Below are positions 18,633 to 28,779 of a DNA stretch of 64,000 nt, piece after piece. Origin of the DNA: an uncultured Solirubrobacterales bacterium (GTDB taxonomy: Bacteria > Actinomycetota > Thermoleophilia > Solirubrobacterales > JBBDJG01); NCBI GenBank assembly GCA_963716195.1, contig OY970293.1, positions 792,462 through 856,461 on the forward strand. The letters run 5' to 3'. Within the stretch, counting starts at the first letter, position 1, and each line of letters begins with the position of its first letter. The position numbers were made by a program, and so were the translations under genes. The notes beneath the pieces are model-generated. The model searched no databases, was not told the origin of the DNA, and saw only the letters and a list, made by a program, of their open reading frames with translations.

Positions 18633-19937
18633 ATGCGCTTCGATCCCGCCGCCGGCCTGGTCGGCGAGCTCGCCCCGCCTCCGGACAAGTCGGTTTCCCA
18701 TCGTGCGGCGATCCTCGCCGCGATGAGCGACTCGGAGGTGCGCGTCGAGCGCTACCTGCGCTCCGCGGACACCGAGTCGACGCTGCACGCGGTGGGCGCG
18801 CTTGGCGCCGACGTGAGCGAAACCGCTGCCGGGCCTGGCGCGCTGGACGTGACCATTCGCGGCGTGGGGCTGCGGGGCGTGCGCAACCCGCGTAAGCCGA
18901 TCGAGGTCGGCAACGCGGGCACGCTGATGCGCATCCTGCCCGGTTGGCTCGCGGGTCAGGGCTCCGGCTACTGGATGCTCGACGGCGACGACAGCATCCG
19001 CCGCCGTCCCGTCGACCGCATCGCGGAGCCGCTGCGGGCGATGGGGGCACGCATCGACTGCCGCGATGTCCGCTTCCCACCGCTCGAGGTGCGTGCCGCG
19101 CACCTGCACGGCATCAGGTACGAGCTCCCGGTCGCCAGCGCACAGGTGAAGTCGTGCGTGCTGCTGGCCGGCCTGCTCGCCGGCGGAGAGACGACGGTCG
19201 TCGAGCCAGTGCCGAGCCGCGATCACACTGAGCGCATGCTGGCCGCCGCCGGTGCCGCACCCGCGGTCCGCGCGGACGGAGGGGGCAGGGAGATAACGGT
19301 GCGCGAGCTCGAACGCCTGGCCCCCGAGCCCACCACGATCCCGGGCGACTTCTCCTCCGCTGCCTTCTTCCTGGTCGGCGCGGCGCTGCTGCCGGACTCG
19401 GAGCTGCGGCTGGTAGACGTGGGAGTGAACCCGACCCGCACGGGCCTGCTGGACGTGATGGAGCGAATGGGCGCGCGCGTGGAACGCGAGCACGAGCGCG
19501 TCGTCGCCGGCGAACCCGTCGCCGACCTGATCGCTTGCCACGCCGCGCTGCGCGCGACCAGCGTCGAAGGCGCCGAGGTGCCGCGATTGATCGACGAGCT
19601 CCCGCTCGTCGCTCTGCTGGGCGCGCTGGCCGAGGGACGCACGACCGTGTCGGGGGCGGAGGAGCTGCGCCACAAGGAATCGGATCGCATCGCGACCGTC
19701 GTCGAGGCGCTGCGCGGTCTCGGCGCGGACATCGAGGCGACCGATGACGGGTTCGTCGTGAACGGGGGAGCGGAGCTGGCGGGTGGGCGCGCCAACTCCC
19801 ACGGTGATCACCGGCTGGCCATGCTCGCCGCGGTCGCCGGGCTTGCGTCACGTGGCGGCGCCGAGGTCACGGGCTTCGAGGCCGCGGCGGTGTCGTACCC
19901 GGGCTTCGCGAACGATCTCCGCTGCCTCACAACCTAG
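18633..19937 (+). CDS. aroA: 3-phosphoshikimate 1-carboxyvinyltransferase (EPSP synthase)
   Basis: PPDKSVSHR and GNAGTLMR motifs. The ATG directly follows the tyrA stop. Confidence 0.95.
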   Translation: MRFDPAAGLVGELAPPPDKSVSHRAAILAAMSDSEVRVERYLRSADTESTLHAVGALGADVSETAAGPGALDVTIRGVGLRGVRNPRKPIEVGNAGTLMRILPGWLAGQGSGYWMLDGDDSIRRRPVDRIAEPLRAMGARIDCRDVRFPPLEVRAAHLHGIRYELPVASAQVKSCVLLAGLLAGGETTVVEPVPSRDHTERMLAAAGAAPAVRADGGGREITVRELERLAPEPTTIPGDFSSAAFFLVGAALLPDSELRLVDVGVNPTRTGLLDVMERMGARVEREHERVVAGEPVADLIACHAALRATSVEGAEVPRLIDELPLVALLGALAEGRTTVSGAEELRHKESDRIATVVEALRGLGADIEATDDGFVVNGGAELAGGRANSHGDHRLAMLAAVAGLASRGGAEVTGFEAAAVSYPGFANDLRCLTT

Positions 19938-19993
19938 GCAATAATAGTACGATATAGGACTAACTCCGAAGTGATCGAAGAAGGAGGCAGTCC

Positions 19994-20371
19994 ATGGACG
20001 CACGAACCCCAGAACACGTGATCGAGCTCTTCTCGTCTGCGATCAACGATGGCGACGTGGCCACTGCGATCGGCCTGTATGAGCCGGAGGCGAGCTTTGC
20101 GCCGGAGCCGGGTGCGATCGCCACCGGCGCGGAGGAGATCCAGGCGGCGCTTCAGCGTTTCGCGGCGCTTTCGCCGACGATGCGGGGCGAGATCGAGAAA
20201 GTGATCGAGGCCGGCGGCGTCGCGCTCGTCTGCAATCGCTGGTCGCTCTCGGGCACCGGACCGGACGGCGGAACGATTTCGCTCGAGGGGCGCAGCGCAG
20301 ACGTGATGAGACGTCAGGCGGACGGCTCGTGGAAGATCGTGATCGATGATCCGTGGGGAGGAGCCTCGTAG
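19994..20371 (+). CDS. SnoaL/DUF4440-like NTF2-fold protein
   Basis: 125 aa with N-terminal helix VIELFSSAINDGDV and C-terminal GSWKIVID typical of the fold. Strong RBS GAAGGAGG. Confidence 0.7.
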   Translation: MDARTPEHVIELFSSAINDGDVATAIGLYEPEASFAPEPGAIATGAEEIQAALQRFAALSPTMRGEIEKVIEAGGVALVCNRWSLSGTGPDGGTISLEGRSADVMRRQADGSWKIVIDDPWGGAS

Positions 20372-20820
20372 AAGCACGAGCTCTCACGACCGACAACCTC
20401 GGCTTCCTCCTGGCTAAGGCCTCGCAGCGTTGGAACGAGCGCCTCTACGAGCAGTTCCGTGACTCCGGTTTTGCCGAGGTGCGACCCTCGTATGGGTCGA
20501 TCCTTCTGCCCCTGTACGAAGAGGACCCGCTGCGCATGGGAGAGCTCGCGACCCGGGCGCGACTCTCCAAGCAGACGATGACGACGCTCGTGCGTCTGAT
20601 GGAGCGCCAGGGGTTGGTGGAGCGCCGACGCGATCGGCGCGATGGACGCGCGTGGCTGATTTACCTGACGCCACGGGCGCGAGCGTTCGAGCCAGTCGCC
20701 GAAAAGGTGGTGCGCGAGCTCGAGCGAACTGTCGAAGAGCGCATCGGCCAGCGTAAGCTTGCGCTGTTGCGCTCGGCACTTCACGACGCTGCCGACCTGG
20801 TCGGCGACGAGCGAGGGTAG
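20353..20820 (+). CDS. MarR family transcriptional regulator
   Basis: 155 aa with a winged-helix core (LSKQTMTTLVRLMERQGLVERRRD). Overlaps the upstream gene by 19 nt. Confidence 0.85.
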   Translation: MGRSLVEARALTTDNLGFLLAKASQRWNERLYEQFRDSGFAEVRPSYGSILLPLYEEDPLRMGELATRARLSKQTMTTLVRLMERQGLVERRRDRRDGRAWLIYLTPRARAFEPVAEKVVRELERTVEERIGQRKLALLRSALHDAADLVGDERG

Positions 20821-20825
20821 ACCCC

Positions 20826-21785
20826 ATGCCGATGGCCCCGCGTGAAGGGGAGTCGATGCAGGAGGTCTACCGCCGGCGGCGCCGCACGGCCCTCGGGCTG
20901 ATATTGGGCCTGCTGATCCTGCTGGTGCTCGTGACCAACCCCTTCGGCGGCGGAGGAGATGACACCGCGACCGCCGAACCGTCTGAGCTGCCGCGGGGAG
21001 GACGGGTCGTACTGCCGCACAACCGGGTCGTGGCGTTCTATGGCGCGCCGCAAAACGAAGAGCTCGGCGTGCTCGGCATCGGCACGCCCGACCAGGCGGC
21101 GCGCAAGCTGCTGAAGCAGGCGAAGGCCTACGAGCGCTCGCGGCGCCCGGTGCTGCCGGCGCTGGAGCTGATCGCGACCATCGCGCACGAGGCGCCGGGC
21201 GCCGACGGCATGCATCGCGAGCGCCAGCGCACCGAAGTGATCCGGCGCTACCTGGCCGCTGCGCGCAAGATCAAGGGCATCCTGATCCTCGATATACAGC
21301 CCGGGCGGGGCGACTTCGTCGAGGAGGCACGGGCGCTCGAGCCTTTCCTTTCACAGCCCGACGTCGGCCTGGCGCTCGATCCCGAATGGAGTGTCCCGGA
21401 AGGCGTGGCGCCCGGCGCGCAGATCGGCTCGACCGACGCGACCACCGTCAATGACGTCTCCTTTTACCTGTCCCTGCTGGTGCAGCGACGCAACCTGCCA
21501 CAGAAGCTGCTGATCGTGCACCAATTCACCGAAGATATGGTGACCGACCGCGCACGGATCGTGCCGCGGCCCGGCCTCGCGATCGTGTCGAACGTCGACG
21601 GCTTCGGGACCGCGGAGCTGAAGAAGGGCGTGTTCGAACGCTTGACCGCCCCCGACGCTCTCCCGAGCGCGCCCGCCGCTTCGCATGTCGGTTTCAAGCT
21701 CTTCTACCGCGAGGACACGGGACTGATGGCGCCGAAGCAGGTGCTCGCCTTGCGGCCACGGCCGGACGTGGTCGTGTACGAGTGA
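20826..21785 (+). CDS. membrane-anchored extracytoplasmic protein of unknown function
   Basis: 319 aa with an Arg-rich N-terminus, then one TM helix (LGLILGLLILLVLV). I recognise no family motif. Confidence 0.5.
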   Translation: MPMAPREGESMQEVYRRRRRTALGLILGLLILLVLVTNPFGGGGDDTATAEPSELPRGGRVVLPHNRVVAFYGAPQNEELGVLGIGTPDQAARKLLKQAKAYERSRRPVLPALELIATIAHEAPGADGMHRERQRTEVIRRYLAAARKIKGILILDIQPGRGDFVEEARALEPFLSQPDVGLALDPEWSVPEGVAPGAQIGSTDATTVNDVSFYLSLLVQRRNLPQKLLIVHQFTEDMVTDRARIVPRPGLAIVSNVDGFGTAELKKGVFERLTAPDALPSAPAASHVGFKLFYREDTGLMAPKQVLALRPRPDVVVYE

Positions 21786-21899
21786 CTTGCTCCGTGACGT
21801 TCTTTGGAACTGGCATCGAAGGAGGGTGTGTCGTTGAACACCACTCGCTCACGTCACCCGTCGACCGTTGCGCCACGGTCCCACAGCCATAATCAACCC

Positions 21900-22568
21900 A
21901 TGATCGTCGCCATCGACGGGCCGGCCGGGAGCGGCAAGAGCACGGTCGCGCGCTCGCTCGCGCGCCGGCTCGGCTTCACGTACCTGGACTCGGGCGCGCT
22001 GTACCGGACGATCACTCTGCTGGCACTCGAGGCAGGCGCCGATCTCGACGACGGGCCCGAGCTTGGGCGGATCGCGGAGGGTGCGTCGATCGAGCTGCGC
22101 GAGCGCGACGACGACAACGTGCAGGTGCTGGTCGACGGCAGGGACGTGAGCGCGGAGATTCGCGAGCCGCGCGTCACCGGTGCTAGCTCGACGGTCGCCG
22201 CGCACCCGGAGGTGCGGGAAGCGCTCCTTCGTAAGCAGCGCGAGCTGATCGCCGCCGGCAACTATGTCGTCGAGGGACGCGACATCGGCACCGTCGTCGC
22301 GCCCGATGCTCCTGTGAAGGTTTTCCTGACGGCGGATCCTGACGAGCGCGCGAGGCGGCGGGCCGACGAGCTGAGCCGGCGCGGGATCGAGTCGGAGGCC
22401 GACGAGGTGAGAGCCGCGATCGAGCAGCGGGACCGGCTCGACTCCACACGCTCCGCGGCTCCATTGCGCACGGCGGACGACGCGGTCGTCATCGACACCA
22501 CCGGACTGACGGTCGACGAGGTGGTCGAGCGGGCAGCCTCGCTCGCCGAGGCAGCGGCGAAGCGATGA
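21900..22568 (+). CDS. cmk: cytidylate kinase
   Basis: ATG 21900 gives [18 protein letters not shown] (P-loop). The track ORF 21804.. is over-extended. Confidence 0.92.
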   Translation: MIVAIDGPAGSGKSTVARSLARRLGFTYLDSGALYRTITLLALEAGADLDDGPELGRIAEGASIELRERDDDNVQVLVDGRDVSAEIREPRVTGASSTVAAHPEVREALLRKQRELIAAGNYVVEGRDIGTVVAPDAPVKVFLTADPDERARRRADELSRRGIESEADEVRAAIEQRDRLDSTRSAAPLRTADDAVVIDTTGLTVDEVVERAASLAEAAAKR

Positions 22569-23917
22569 GCGCTCCCAAGATCGCCATCGTCGGCTTTCCG
22601 AACGTCGGCAAGTCGACCCTGGTCAACCGCCTCAGTGGCACGCGCGAGACGGTCACCCATCCCGAGCCGGGGGTGACGCGCGACCGCAAGGAGGTGGAGG
22701 CGGAGTGGAACGGCGTTGAGTTCCTGCTCGTGGACACCGGCGGCGTTGACCGCGAGGACGCGCGCGACCTGTCGCGCCAGGTGCGGGAACAGGCGCAGCG
22801 CGCCCTCGCCGACGCGGACGTTGCCGTCCTGGTGGTGGACGCGCGTGCGGGGCTGCGTCCCGGTGACGACGAGCTGGCCAAGGTGCTCCGCGCCTCCTCG
22901 CTGCCCGTCGTCGTCGCCGCGAACAAGCTCGACACCGGAGCGGACGCCCCGCTCGCAGCGGAGTTCCACGGTCTCGGCCTGGGCGAGCCGGTGCCCGTAT
23001 CGGCCGCGCACGGTACGGGCACGGGAGACCTCCTCGACAGGCTGGCGGCCGTCGCCGCTCAGTCGGGCGGCGCTCGGTCGGAGCTGCCCGGAGACGCCGT
23101 GCGGCTGGCGGTGATCGGGCGGCCGAACGTCGGCAAGTCCTCGCTCGTCAACGCATTCCTGGGCGACGAGCGAGTGATCGTCGACGCTCAGGCCGGCACG
23201 ACGCGTGATGCGATCGACACGCGGCTCGAGGTGGACGGGCGCACGATCGTGCTGGTCGACACGGCCGGGTTGCGCCGGCGCTCCAAGGTCGCCGGCACCG
23301 TCGACTACTACGCGCAGATCAGGTCCGAGCAGGCGGCGGAGCGAGCGGACGTGGCGCTCGTCGTCTGCGACGCTCAGGAGGGAGTGACCGCGGAGGACCT
23401 GCGCGTGGCGGAGCTCGCGATGCGCGAGGGCTGCGCGACCCTGATCGTCCTGAACAAGTGGGACGTCTCCAGCACCGACCTGGAGGACGCGAAACACAGG
23501 GTCGACCAGAAGCTGCGCCTGCGCCCGCGCGTGATCACGTCGTCGGCGCTCAGCGGCCGCAACGTCTCGCGCCTGCTGGTTGAAGCCGTCGCGCTCGCGG
23601 ACCGTTCGCGTGGTCGCATTCCCACGCCGGAGCTGAACCGCTTCCTGTCAGAGGTGCAGAGCGCGCGGCAGCCGCCCACGGTGCACGGCAAGCGGCTGCG
23701 CATCTACTACGGCTCGCAGATCGAGACAGGGCCGCCGCGCTTTCGCTTCCACGTCAACGATCGCAGGCTGCTGCCGCGTGACTACGTCTACTTCGTCGAG
23801 AACCGCCTGCGCGAGCGCTACCGGCTCGAGGGCATTCCCCTCGTGATCGACTACGCGGACCGTCCCCGCCGCGGTCGCGGACAGTCGCGCTCCGCGCCGG
23901 CAGTAACCAAGCCCTAG
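22565..23917 (+). CDS. der: ribosome biogenesis GTPase Der (EngA)
   Basis: Two tandem GTPase domains (GFPNVGKST and GRPNVGKSS; DTGG and DTAG) plus a KH-like C-terminus. ATGA overlap with cmk. Confidence 0.95.
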   Translation: MSAPKIAIVGFPNVGKSTLVNRLSGTRETVTHPEPGVTRDRKEVEAEWNGVEFLLVDTGGVDREDARDLSRQVREQAQRALADADVAVLVVDARAGLRPGDDELAKVLRASSLPVVVAANKLDTGADAPLAAEFHGLGLGEPVPVSAAHGTGTGDLLDRLAAVAAQSGGARSELPGDAVRLAVIGRPNVGKSSLVNAFLGDERVIVDAQAGTTRDAIDTRLEVDGRTIVLVDTAGLRRRSKVAGTVDYYAQIRSEQAAERADVALVVCDAQEGVTAEDLRVAELAMREGCATLIVLNKWDVSSTDLEDAKHRVDQKLRLRPRVITSSALSGRNVSRLLVEAVALADRSRGRIPTPELNRFLSEVQSARQPPTVHGKRLRIYYGSQIETGPPRFRFHVNDRRLLPRDYVYFVENRLRERYRLEGIPLVIDYADRPRRGRGQSRSAPAVTKP

Positions 23918-23956
23918 GGCATCTAGCCCCCCTCAGGGCCCTTAGCATCCCGCCAC

Positions 23957-25558
23957 ATGCGACGACTGCGCACGGCGATCCGCTCGCGCCTGACGCTCGG
24001 CCGCCTGCTGATCGCAGTCGTGGCAATCGCCGCCGTGCTCGCGCTGGCGTCGGTGTTGCAGGGCGCGGACGACGGTTCACCGAGCGACGACGCCGTCCGC
24101 CTGGTCCCGGGCACGGCCGTCGTCTACGTGCACCTGAACTCCGATCGCGACTCCTCGCAGTGGAAGAACGGTGCTCGCCTGATGGGACGGTTTCCGCTCC
24201 TGGTCAGGGAGCGGAACCGCCTGCTACGCAGCCTCACCGGGCGCGGCGTGCCCCTGGACTTCGAGCGCGAGGTGGAGCCCTGGCTCGGCGACGAGGCGGC
24301 GCTCGCGCTGATCCCCGATCGGCGAGCGACGGCGCACTCCTTGATCCTGCTCCGGGTCTCGGACAAGGATCTAGCGCGCTCGTTCCTCGAGCGTGCGATC
24401 GGCAAGGAGAGCCGGTCGAGCTATCGGGGCATAGAGCTGCGTTCATACGGCGCACTGGCGACGGCGTTCATAGGCGACTTCCTGGCGATCGGACGGCCCG
24501 AGTACGTGCGAGCGGCGATCGACACCGGTGCCGGACGGGAGCTGTCGCTCGCGCGCCTGCCGGCGTTCAGACGCGCGCACGCGGCGGTCCCCGACCGCGA
24601 TCGGCTGCTGTTCGCCTACGCCACTCGCACGGGCGCGAAGCGCGTGCTCGCGATGCAACCCGGGATCGGCGGACGCCTGGTGCGGCTCGTGGACGATCCC
24701 GCGCTGCTGGGAGTCGCCGGCATCCTGAGCGCGGAGGAGGATGGGGCCCGCGTGGATCTCGCCAGCGCGTTGGACGACACGCCGGCGGTGCTGGCCGCAG
24801 CAGCCCGGCGCCCGTTCACGCCTCAGCTCGTCAACGTCGTGTCAGAAGACGCGCTTGCCTACCTGGGAATGCTCGGCGCCGACCGCGTGCTGAACGCCGT
24901 CGCGAGGTTCGCCGGCGGCAAGCTTCCGTTCACTCCCGAGCTGCGCCAGGTGCGCGCGGACCTGCGGCGCGCCGGAGGCCTGCGCGCGCTGCGCCAGCTG
25001 GAGCCGCTGCTGAAGGAGGAGGCTGCGCTGTTCGTGAGCCGCTCGGGCGCTGTGCCGGTCGTCACCCTTGTCGTGGACGACGTCGACAAGGAGGAGGCCG
25101 ACCAGCTACTCACAGAGCTCTCACGCCTGCTCGCCCGCCTCGCGCGCCGGCCGCCCGAAGCAGGCCGCGTGCCGACGCTCGAGCCGACCCGCGTGGCCGG
25201 CGTCGATGCGCTGACGCTGCGAATCGGGCCGGCGCTCGAGCTCACCTATGCGATCTTCGACAACCGTGTGGTGGTGGCGACCAGTCCAGGCGGGATCCGC
25301 AGGGTGAAGCTGACCCGCACCCGCCTGACCGACAACGAGCTCTTCGCCCCCGGCATGCGTGGCGACTTCTCGCGGGTGTCGTCGGTAGTCTTTCTGGACC
25401 TCGAGCAGCTGCTCGCCCTGGGCGAGCAGGCCGGGCTCGGCCAGTCCTCCGGTTACGAAAGACTGCGATCGGAACTGGGGCCGGTGCGCGCTGTAACCGC
25501 GATTGGGCGGCAGTCGGGGGCGACCACGTCAACGGAGATCTTCATCGAGGTGCCATGA
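23957..25558 (+). CDS. membrane-anchored hypothetical protein (possibly DUF3352-like)
   Basis: 533 aa with an N-terminal TM helix ([17 protein letters not shown]). The family assignment is from memory only. Its stop overlaps the metK ATG. Confidence 0.45.
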   Translation: MRRLRTAIRSRLTLGRLLIAVVAIAAVLALASVLQGADDGSPSDDAVRLVPGTAVVYVHLNSDRDSSQWKNGARLMGRFPLLVRERNRLLRSLTGRGVPLDFEREVEPWLGDEAALALIPDRRATAHSLILLRVSDKDLARSFLERAIGKESRSSYRGIELRSYGALATAFIGDFLAIGRPEYVRAAIDTGAGRELSLARLPAFRRAHAAVPDRDRLLFAYATRTGAKRVLAMQPGIGGRLVRLVDDPALLGVAGILSAEEDGARVDLASALDDTPAVLAAAARRPFTPQLVNVVSEDALAYLGMLGADRVLNAVARFAGGKLPFTPELRQVRADLRRAGGLRALRQLEPLLKEEAALFVSRSGAVPVVTLVVDDVDKEEADQLLTELSRLLARLARRPPEAGRVPTLEPTRVAGVDALTLRIGPALELTYAIFDNRVVVATSPGGIRRVKLTRTRLTDNELFAPGMRGDFSRVSSVVFLDLEQLLALGEQAGLGQSSGYERLRSELGPVRAVTAIGRQSGATTSTEIFIEVP

Positions 25559-26823
25559 GCTCTTTCACCTCCCTGTCAGACAACGAGTATCTGTTCACGT
25601 CAGAGTCCGTGACAGAGGGCCATCCGGACAAGATGGCCGACCAGATTTCAGACTCTGTGCTCGACGCGATCATGGCGCAGGACCCATCCGGGCGCGTCGC
25701 GTGCGAGACGTTCGTAACGACTGGCCTGGTTCTGGTCGGCGGCGAGATCACCACCTCCGGTTACGTGGACATCCCGCGCATCGCGCGTGGCGTGGTCGAG
25801 GACATCGGCTACACCGACGCCGGCATCGGATTCGACTGCACGACCTGCTCCGTTCTGACCTCGATCGACGAGCAGTCACCGGACATCGCGCAGGGAGTGG
25901 ACGAGGCGTACGAGTCGCGCCACATCCCCGGGGACGACGACCCGCTCGACAAGGAGGGAGCGGGGGACCAGGGGATGATGTTCGGCTATGCGACGCGCGA
26001 GACCAAAGAGCTGATGCCGATGCCGATCCAGATCGCGCACACGCTCGCGCATAGGCTCGCCGAAGTGCGCAAGGCCGCCGTGGTCCCGTACCTACGGCCG
26101 GACGGCAAGACGCAGGTGAGCGTTCGCTACGAGAACGGCAAGCCGGTCGAGATCGTGAAGATCCTCATCTCCACCCAGCACAGGCCCGACATAGACGGCG
26201 CCACGTTGATCAAGCCCGACCTCTGGGAGCACGTCGTCGAGCCTGTCCTGCACGCCGACTACCGCGAGCTGTACACCGAGAGCGCTCTGCGCGAGAACGT
26301 GCTCGTCAACCCGACCGGTAAGTTCGAGATCGGCGGCCCGATGGGGGACGCGGGACTGACCGGCCGCAAGATCATCGTCGACACCTACGGCGGCTCCGCC
26401 CGGCACGGCGGTGGCGCGTTCTCCGGCAAGGACCCCTCGAAGGTCGACCGCTCAGCCGCATACGCGGCGCGCTACGTCGCAAAGAACGTGGTCGCGGGAG
26501 GACTCGCAGACCGCTGCGAAGTCCAGGTCGCCTACGCGATCGGCGTCGCGCACCCTCAGTCGCTGATGGTCGAGACGTACGGCACCGAGCGCGTGCCGCG
26601 CTCGCGGATCGTCGAGCTGATCGAGAAGCACTTCGACCTGCGTCCCGGCGCGATCATCCGTGACCTCGACCTGCGTCGGCCCATCTTCCGCAAGACGGCC
26701 GCCTACGGCCACTTCGGCCGCGACGACGGCGACTTCACGTGGGAGAAGACCGACAAGGCGGACGCGCTGCGCAAGGACGCGGGCATCGACGAGCGCGCCG
26801 AGGCAGAAGCAGTCAGCAAGTAG
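25555..26823 (+). CDS. metK: S-adenosylmethionine synthetase
   Basis: [12 protein letters not shown] and [12 protein letters not shown] motifs. The track ORF 24160..26823 is a 5' over-extension in the same frame. Confidence 0.97.
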   Translation: MSSFTSLSDNEYLFTSESVTEGHPDKMADQISDSVLDAIMAQDPSGRVACETFVTTGLVLVGGEITTSGYVDIPRIARGVVEDIGYTDAGIGFDCTTCSVLTSIDEQSPDIAQGVDEAYESRHIPGDDDPLDKEGAGDQGMMFGYATRETKELMPMPIQIAHTLAHRLAEVRKAAVVPYLRPDGKTQVSVRYENGKPVEIVKILISTQHRPDIDGATLIKPDLWEHVVEPVLHADYRELYTESALRENVLVNPTGKFEIGGPMGDAGLTGRKIIVDTYGGSARHGGGAFSGKDPSKVDRSAAYAARYVAKNVVAGGLADRCEVQVAYAIGVAHPQSLMVETYGTERVPRSRIVELIEKHFDLRPGAIIRDLDLRRPIFRKTAAYGHFGRDDGDFTWEKTDKADALRKDAGIDERAEAEAVSK

Positions 26824-26844
26824 CCGCCGGCGGGCGCTTGCCCG

Positions 26845-28623
26845 TCACTCGCAGACCACGTTCAGGCACTGAGCAGGATTTCCGTTGTGCGCGGCGCGGT
26901 TGCCGCCGCCGTCGTCGATTACCGAACTGGTTTCGATCCCCAGATCGACGTTCTCGTTGGCCTCGTTGGACCTCAGGGTCGCAAGGCCGCCGTCGATGTC
27001 GATGCCGTCATCTCGGTTTCGGTGTGCAGCGTTCCTCTCGATCAGGTTGGGGCCAGGTCCTCGCACCAGTATCCCGTCGGCGCCATTGTCGAGCGCGCGG
27101 CTGTCCCGCAGCACGTTGTCGGTGGAACGGCCGAGCTCGATTCCTATCGACCCGTTGTGCTCCGCCACGAAGTGCTCGATCACGCTGTTGCTCGAGTCGT
27201 TGAACGACCCTCCCGAGAGCGTGTTATTCGAAGCCGTGTTGTCCGCGATCCTGTCGCGGCTGCAACCGAAGCAGAGGATGCCGTAGCTGTTGCCAAGCGC
27301 CACATTGCCCACTATCGAGCCATCGGTGAGAGATGTGATCAAGATTCCGACGTTTGCATTCGCAGTGACGCGATTGTTGTGAACGCGAGAGCCCGGTCCC
27401 AGGTAGACGTGGATTCCGTACTGATTTCTCGATACGGAGTTTCTGTCGATTCTGACGCGGTCACTTCTGTCGCCGACCAGGATGCCGTCGCCTCGGTTGT
27501 CATCGGCAATGTTGTCGGCGATCACTGTGTCGTGGGCGGGTCCCTGGAGCACGATTCCGTGGGAGTTGCTCACCATCAGGTTGCGCTTGATCTGGTTCCC
27601 CTGCGAGCCTTCGTCGAAGAATCCGGACCGGAGGAAAATGCCGATTCCCGCGCCGGACGTGATGGCGTTTCGGCTCAGGACGTTCAGGCTCGATTCGAAC
27701 AGCTCGATTCCGGTGATCGTGCTGTTCGCGATCTTGTTTCCCCGCACTGTGTTCCGATCCGAGCCGATGTCTATGCCACGGCCGGCGATCAGGATGTCGT
27801 TGGAGGAAACCTGGTTGCCGTCGCCGATCGCTACGGCGATGCCTGCACTGCGACTGCCGGCGCGGATGGTGTTGTCGGAGACAACATTGTCGGCGCCGAG
27901 TATGACGATGCCGTTGGAAATGCCGACGGGGTCGGCTGCGACGTAGTTTTTGAGGACGAACGTTTCGGTGGCGTACTGGACTGCGATCTGTTCCAGGCCG
28001 GAGTTGTCGGCCACGTGATTGCGCCTGACGAGCGTCTTCGTGCAGCGGTCCACGGAAATGCCGGTGCTGCCGTTGCGGTCAGCGATGCTTCTCGAGATCG
28101 TGTTGCGGTCGCAATTCCTGAAAAGGCGCATCCCGTACACGCCGTTGTCAGACGCTGTCACGCCGACCATGCGGTTGTGCAGTCCAGCCTCGAGCTGAAC
28201 GCCATACTGGCCGCTGCCCGTTGCAACGCTGTCCTTGACCATGCTGTCCGTCGTCCGGTCGAGCTGGATACCGGTCGAGCCGCTGGCGGTCACCTCAAGT
28301 CGACGCACTGAGTTGTCTGCGGCGTCGGCGGCCAGGACGCCCACCTCGAACTCCTTGATCTTCCCGTCGAAGACCCGGAGGCCGTCAAAGCCGCCCCTGT
28401 TGTCAACCCCCTCGCCGACACCGGTGCCGTCGATCGTGTGGCCGTTGAGGTCGAGATCGACGCCGTCGGAGGCGATGACTACGCCGTCGTCGAGGCAGTC
28501 GGGCAGATCGCTGTCGAGGGTGGTATCCGCCGCGATCGTGTCCCCGCATTGAACGTGACTCGCGAGTGCACCCTGCGCCGGGATTTCGAGCAACACCAGC
28601 AGCGTCGCCACGGCGATAACCAT
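26845..28623 (-). CDS. secreted right-handed parallel beta-helix repeat protein (NosD/pectate-lyase-like)
   Basis: About 20 consecutive 22-24 aa PbH1-type repeats (xNxIxxNxxxGIxLxxS). Signal peptide MVIAVATLLVLLEIPAQGALA starts at ATG 28623. The track start 28692 is probably too far upstream. Confidence 0.8.
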   Translation of the reverse strand: MVIAVATLLVLLEIPAQGALASHVQCGDTIAADTTLDSDLPDCLDDGVVIASDGVDLDLNGHTIDGTGVGEGVDNRGGFDGLRVFDGKIKEFEVGVLAADAADNSVRRLEVTASGSTGIQLDRTTDSMVKDSVATGSGQYGVQLEAGLHNRMVGVTASDNGVYGMRLFRNCDRNTISRSIADRNGSTGISVDRCTKTLVRRNHVADNSGLEQIAVQYATETFVLKNYVAADPVGISNGIVILGADNVVSDNTIRAGSRSAGIAVAIGDGNQVSSNDILIAGRGIDIGSDRNTVRGNKIANSTITGIELFESSLNVLSRNAITSGAGIGIFLRSGFFDEGSQGNQIKRNLMVSNSHGIVLQGPAHDTVIADNIADDNRGDGILVGDRSDRVRIDRNSVSRNQYGIHVYLGPGSRVHNNRVTANANVGILITSLTDGSIVGNVALGNSYGILCFGCSRDRIADNTASNNTLSGGSFNDSSNSVIEHFVAEHNGSIGIELGRSTDNVLRDSRALDNGADGILVRGPGPNLIERNAAHRNRDDGIDIDGGLATLRSNEANENVDLGIETSSVIDDGGGNRAAHNGNPAQCLNVVCE

Positions 28624-28779
28624 TCCCTTTCGCACTCCCGACCTCCCCTCGTCTGGTGGCTCGACACTAACCGCGCGCCCCAACTCACGCAAGGGTGCGC
28701 AAGAACGTCCTTTGGCGTCGGGGCCGGGACGGCGCGCTTACGCCGGAGCGTCCGTGCCGGTTCCTATCGTCGGGGGACG

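Noticed and set aside
17460-19811. 783-aa ORF on the minus strand, the longest in this region
   Set aside because: It lies entirely antisense to tyrA and aroA, which have clear catalytic motifs. Its translation is Arg/Ala/Gly-rich low complexity, typical of stop-codon-poor antisense frames in about 70% GC DNA.
22262-23497. 411-aa minus-strand ORF across cmk and der
   Set aside because: It is antisense to two motif-rich housekeeping genes and is a GC-bias artefact.
24160-25554. 5' extension that turns metK into an 887-aa ORF; the same applies to 41872-43209, 6022-6378, 13309-13971, 28438-28779, 32954-33280, 36777-37532, 51729-51848 and 54068-54247
   Set aside because: The extensions are Arg/Pro/Gly-rich, overlap the real upstream genes in another frame, and precede canonical conserved N-termini that have their own start codons, often in 4-nt overlaps with the upstream stop.
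26887-28311. 474-aa plus-strand ORF overlapping the beta-helix gene
   Set aside because: It is the antisense frame of a repetitive gene. The minus-strand product has a signal peptide and regular PbH1 repeats, while the plus-strand product has neither.
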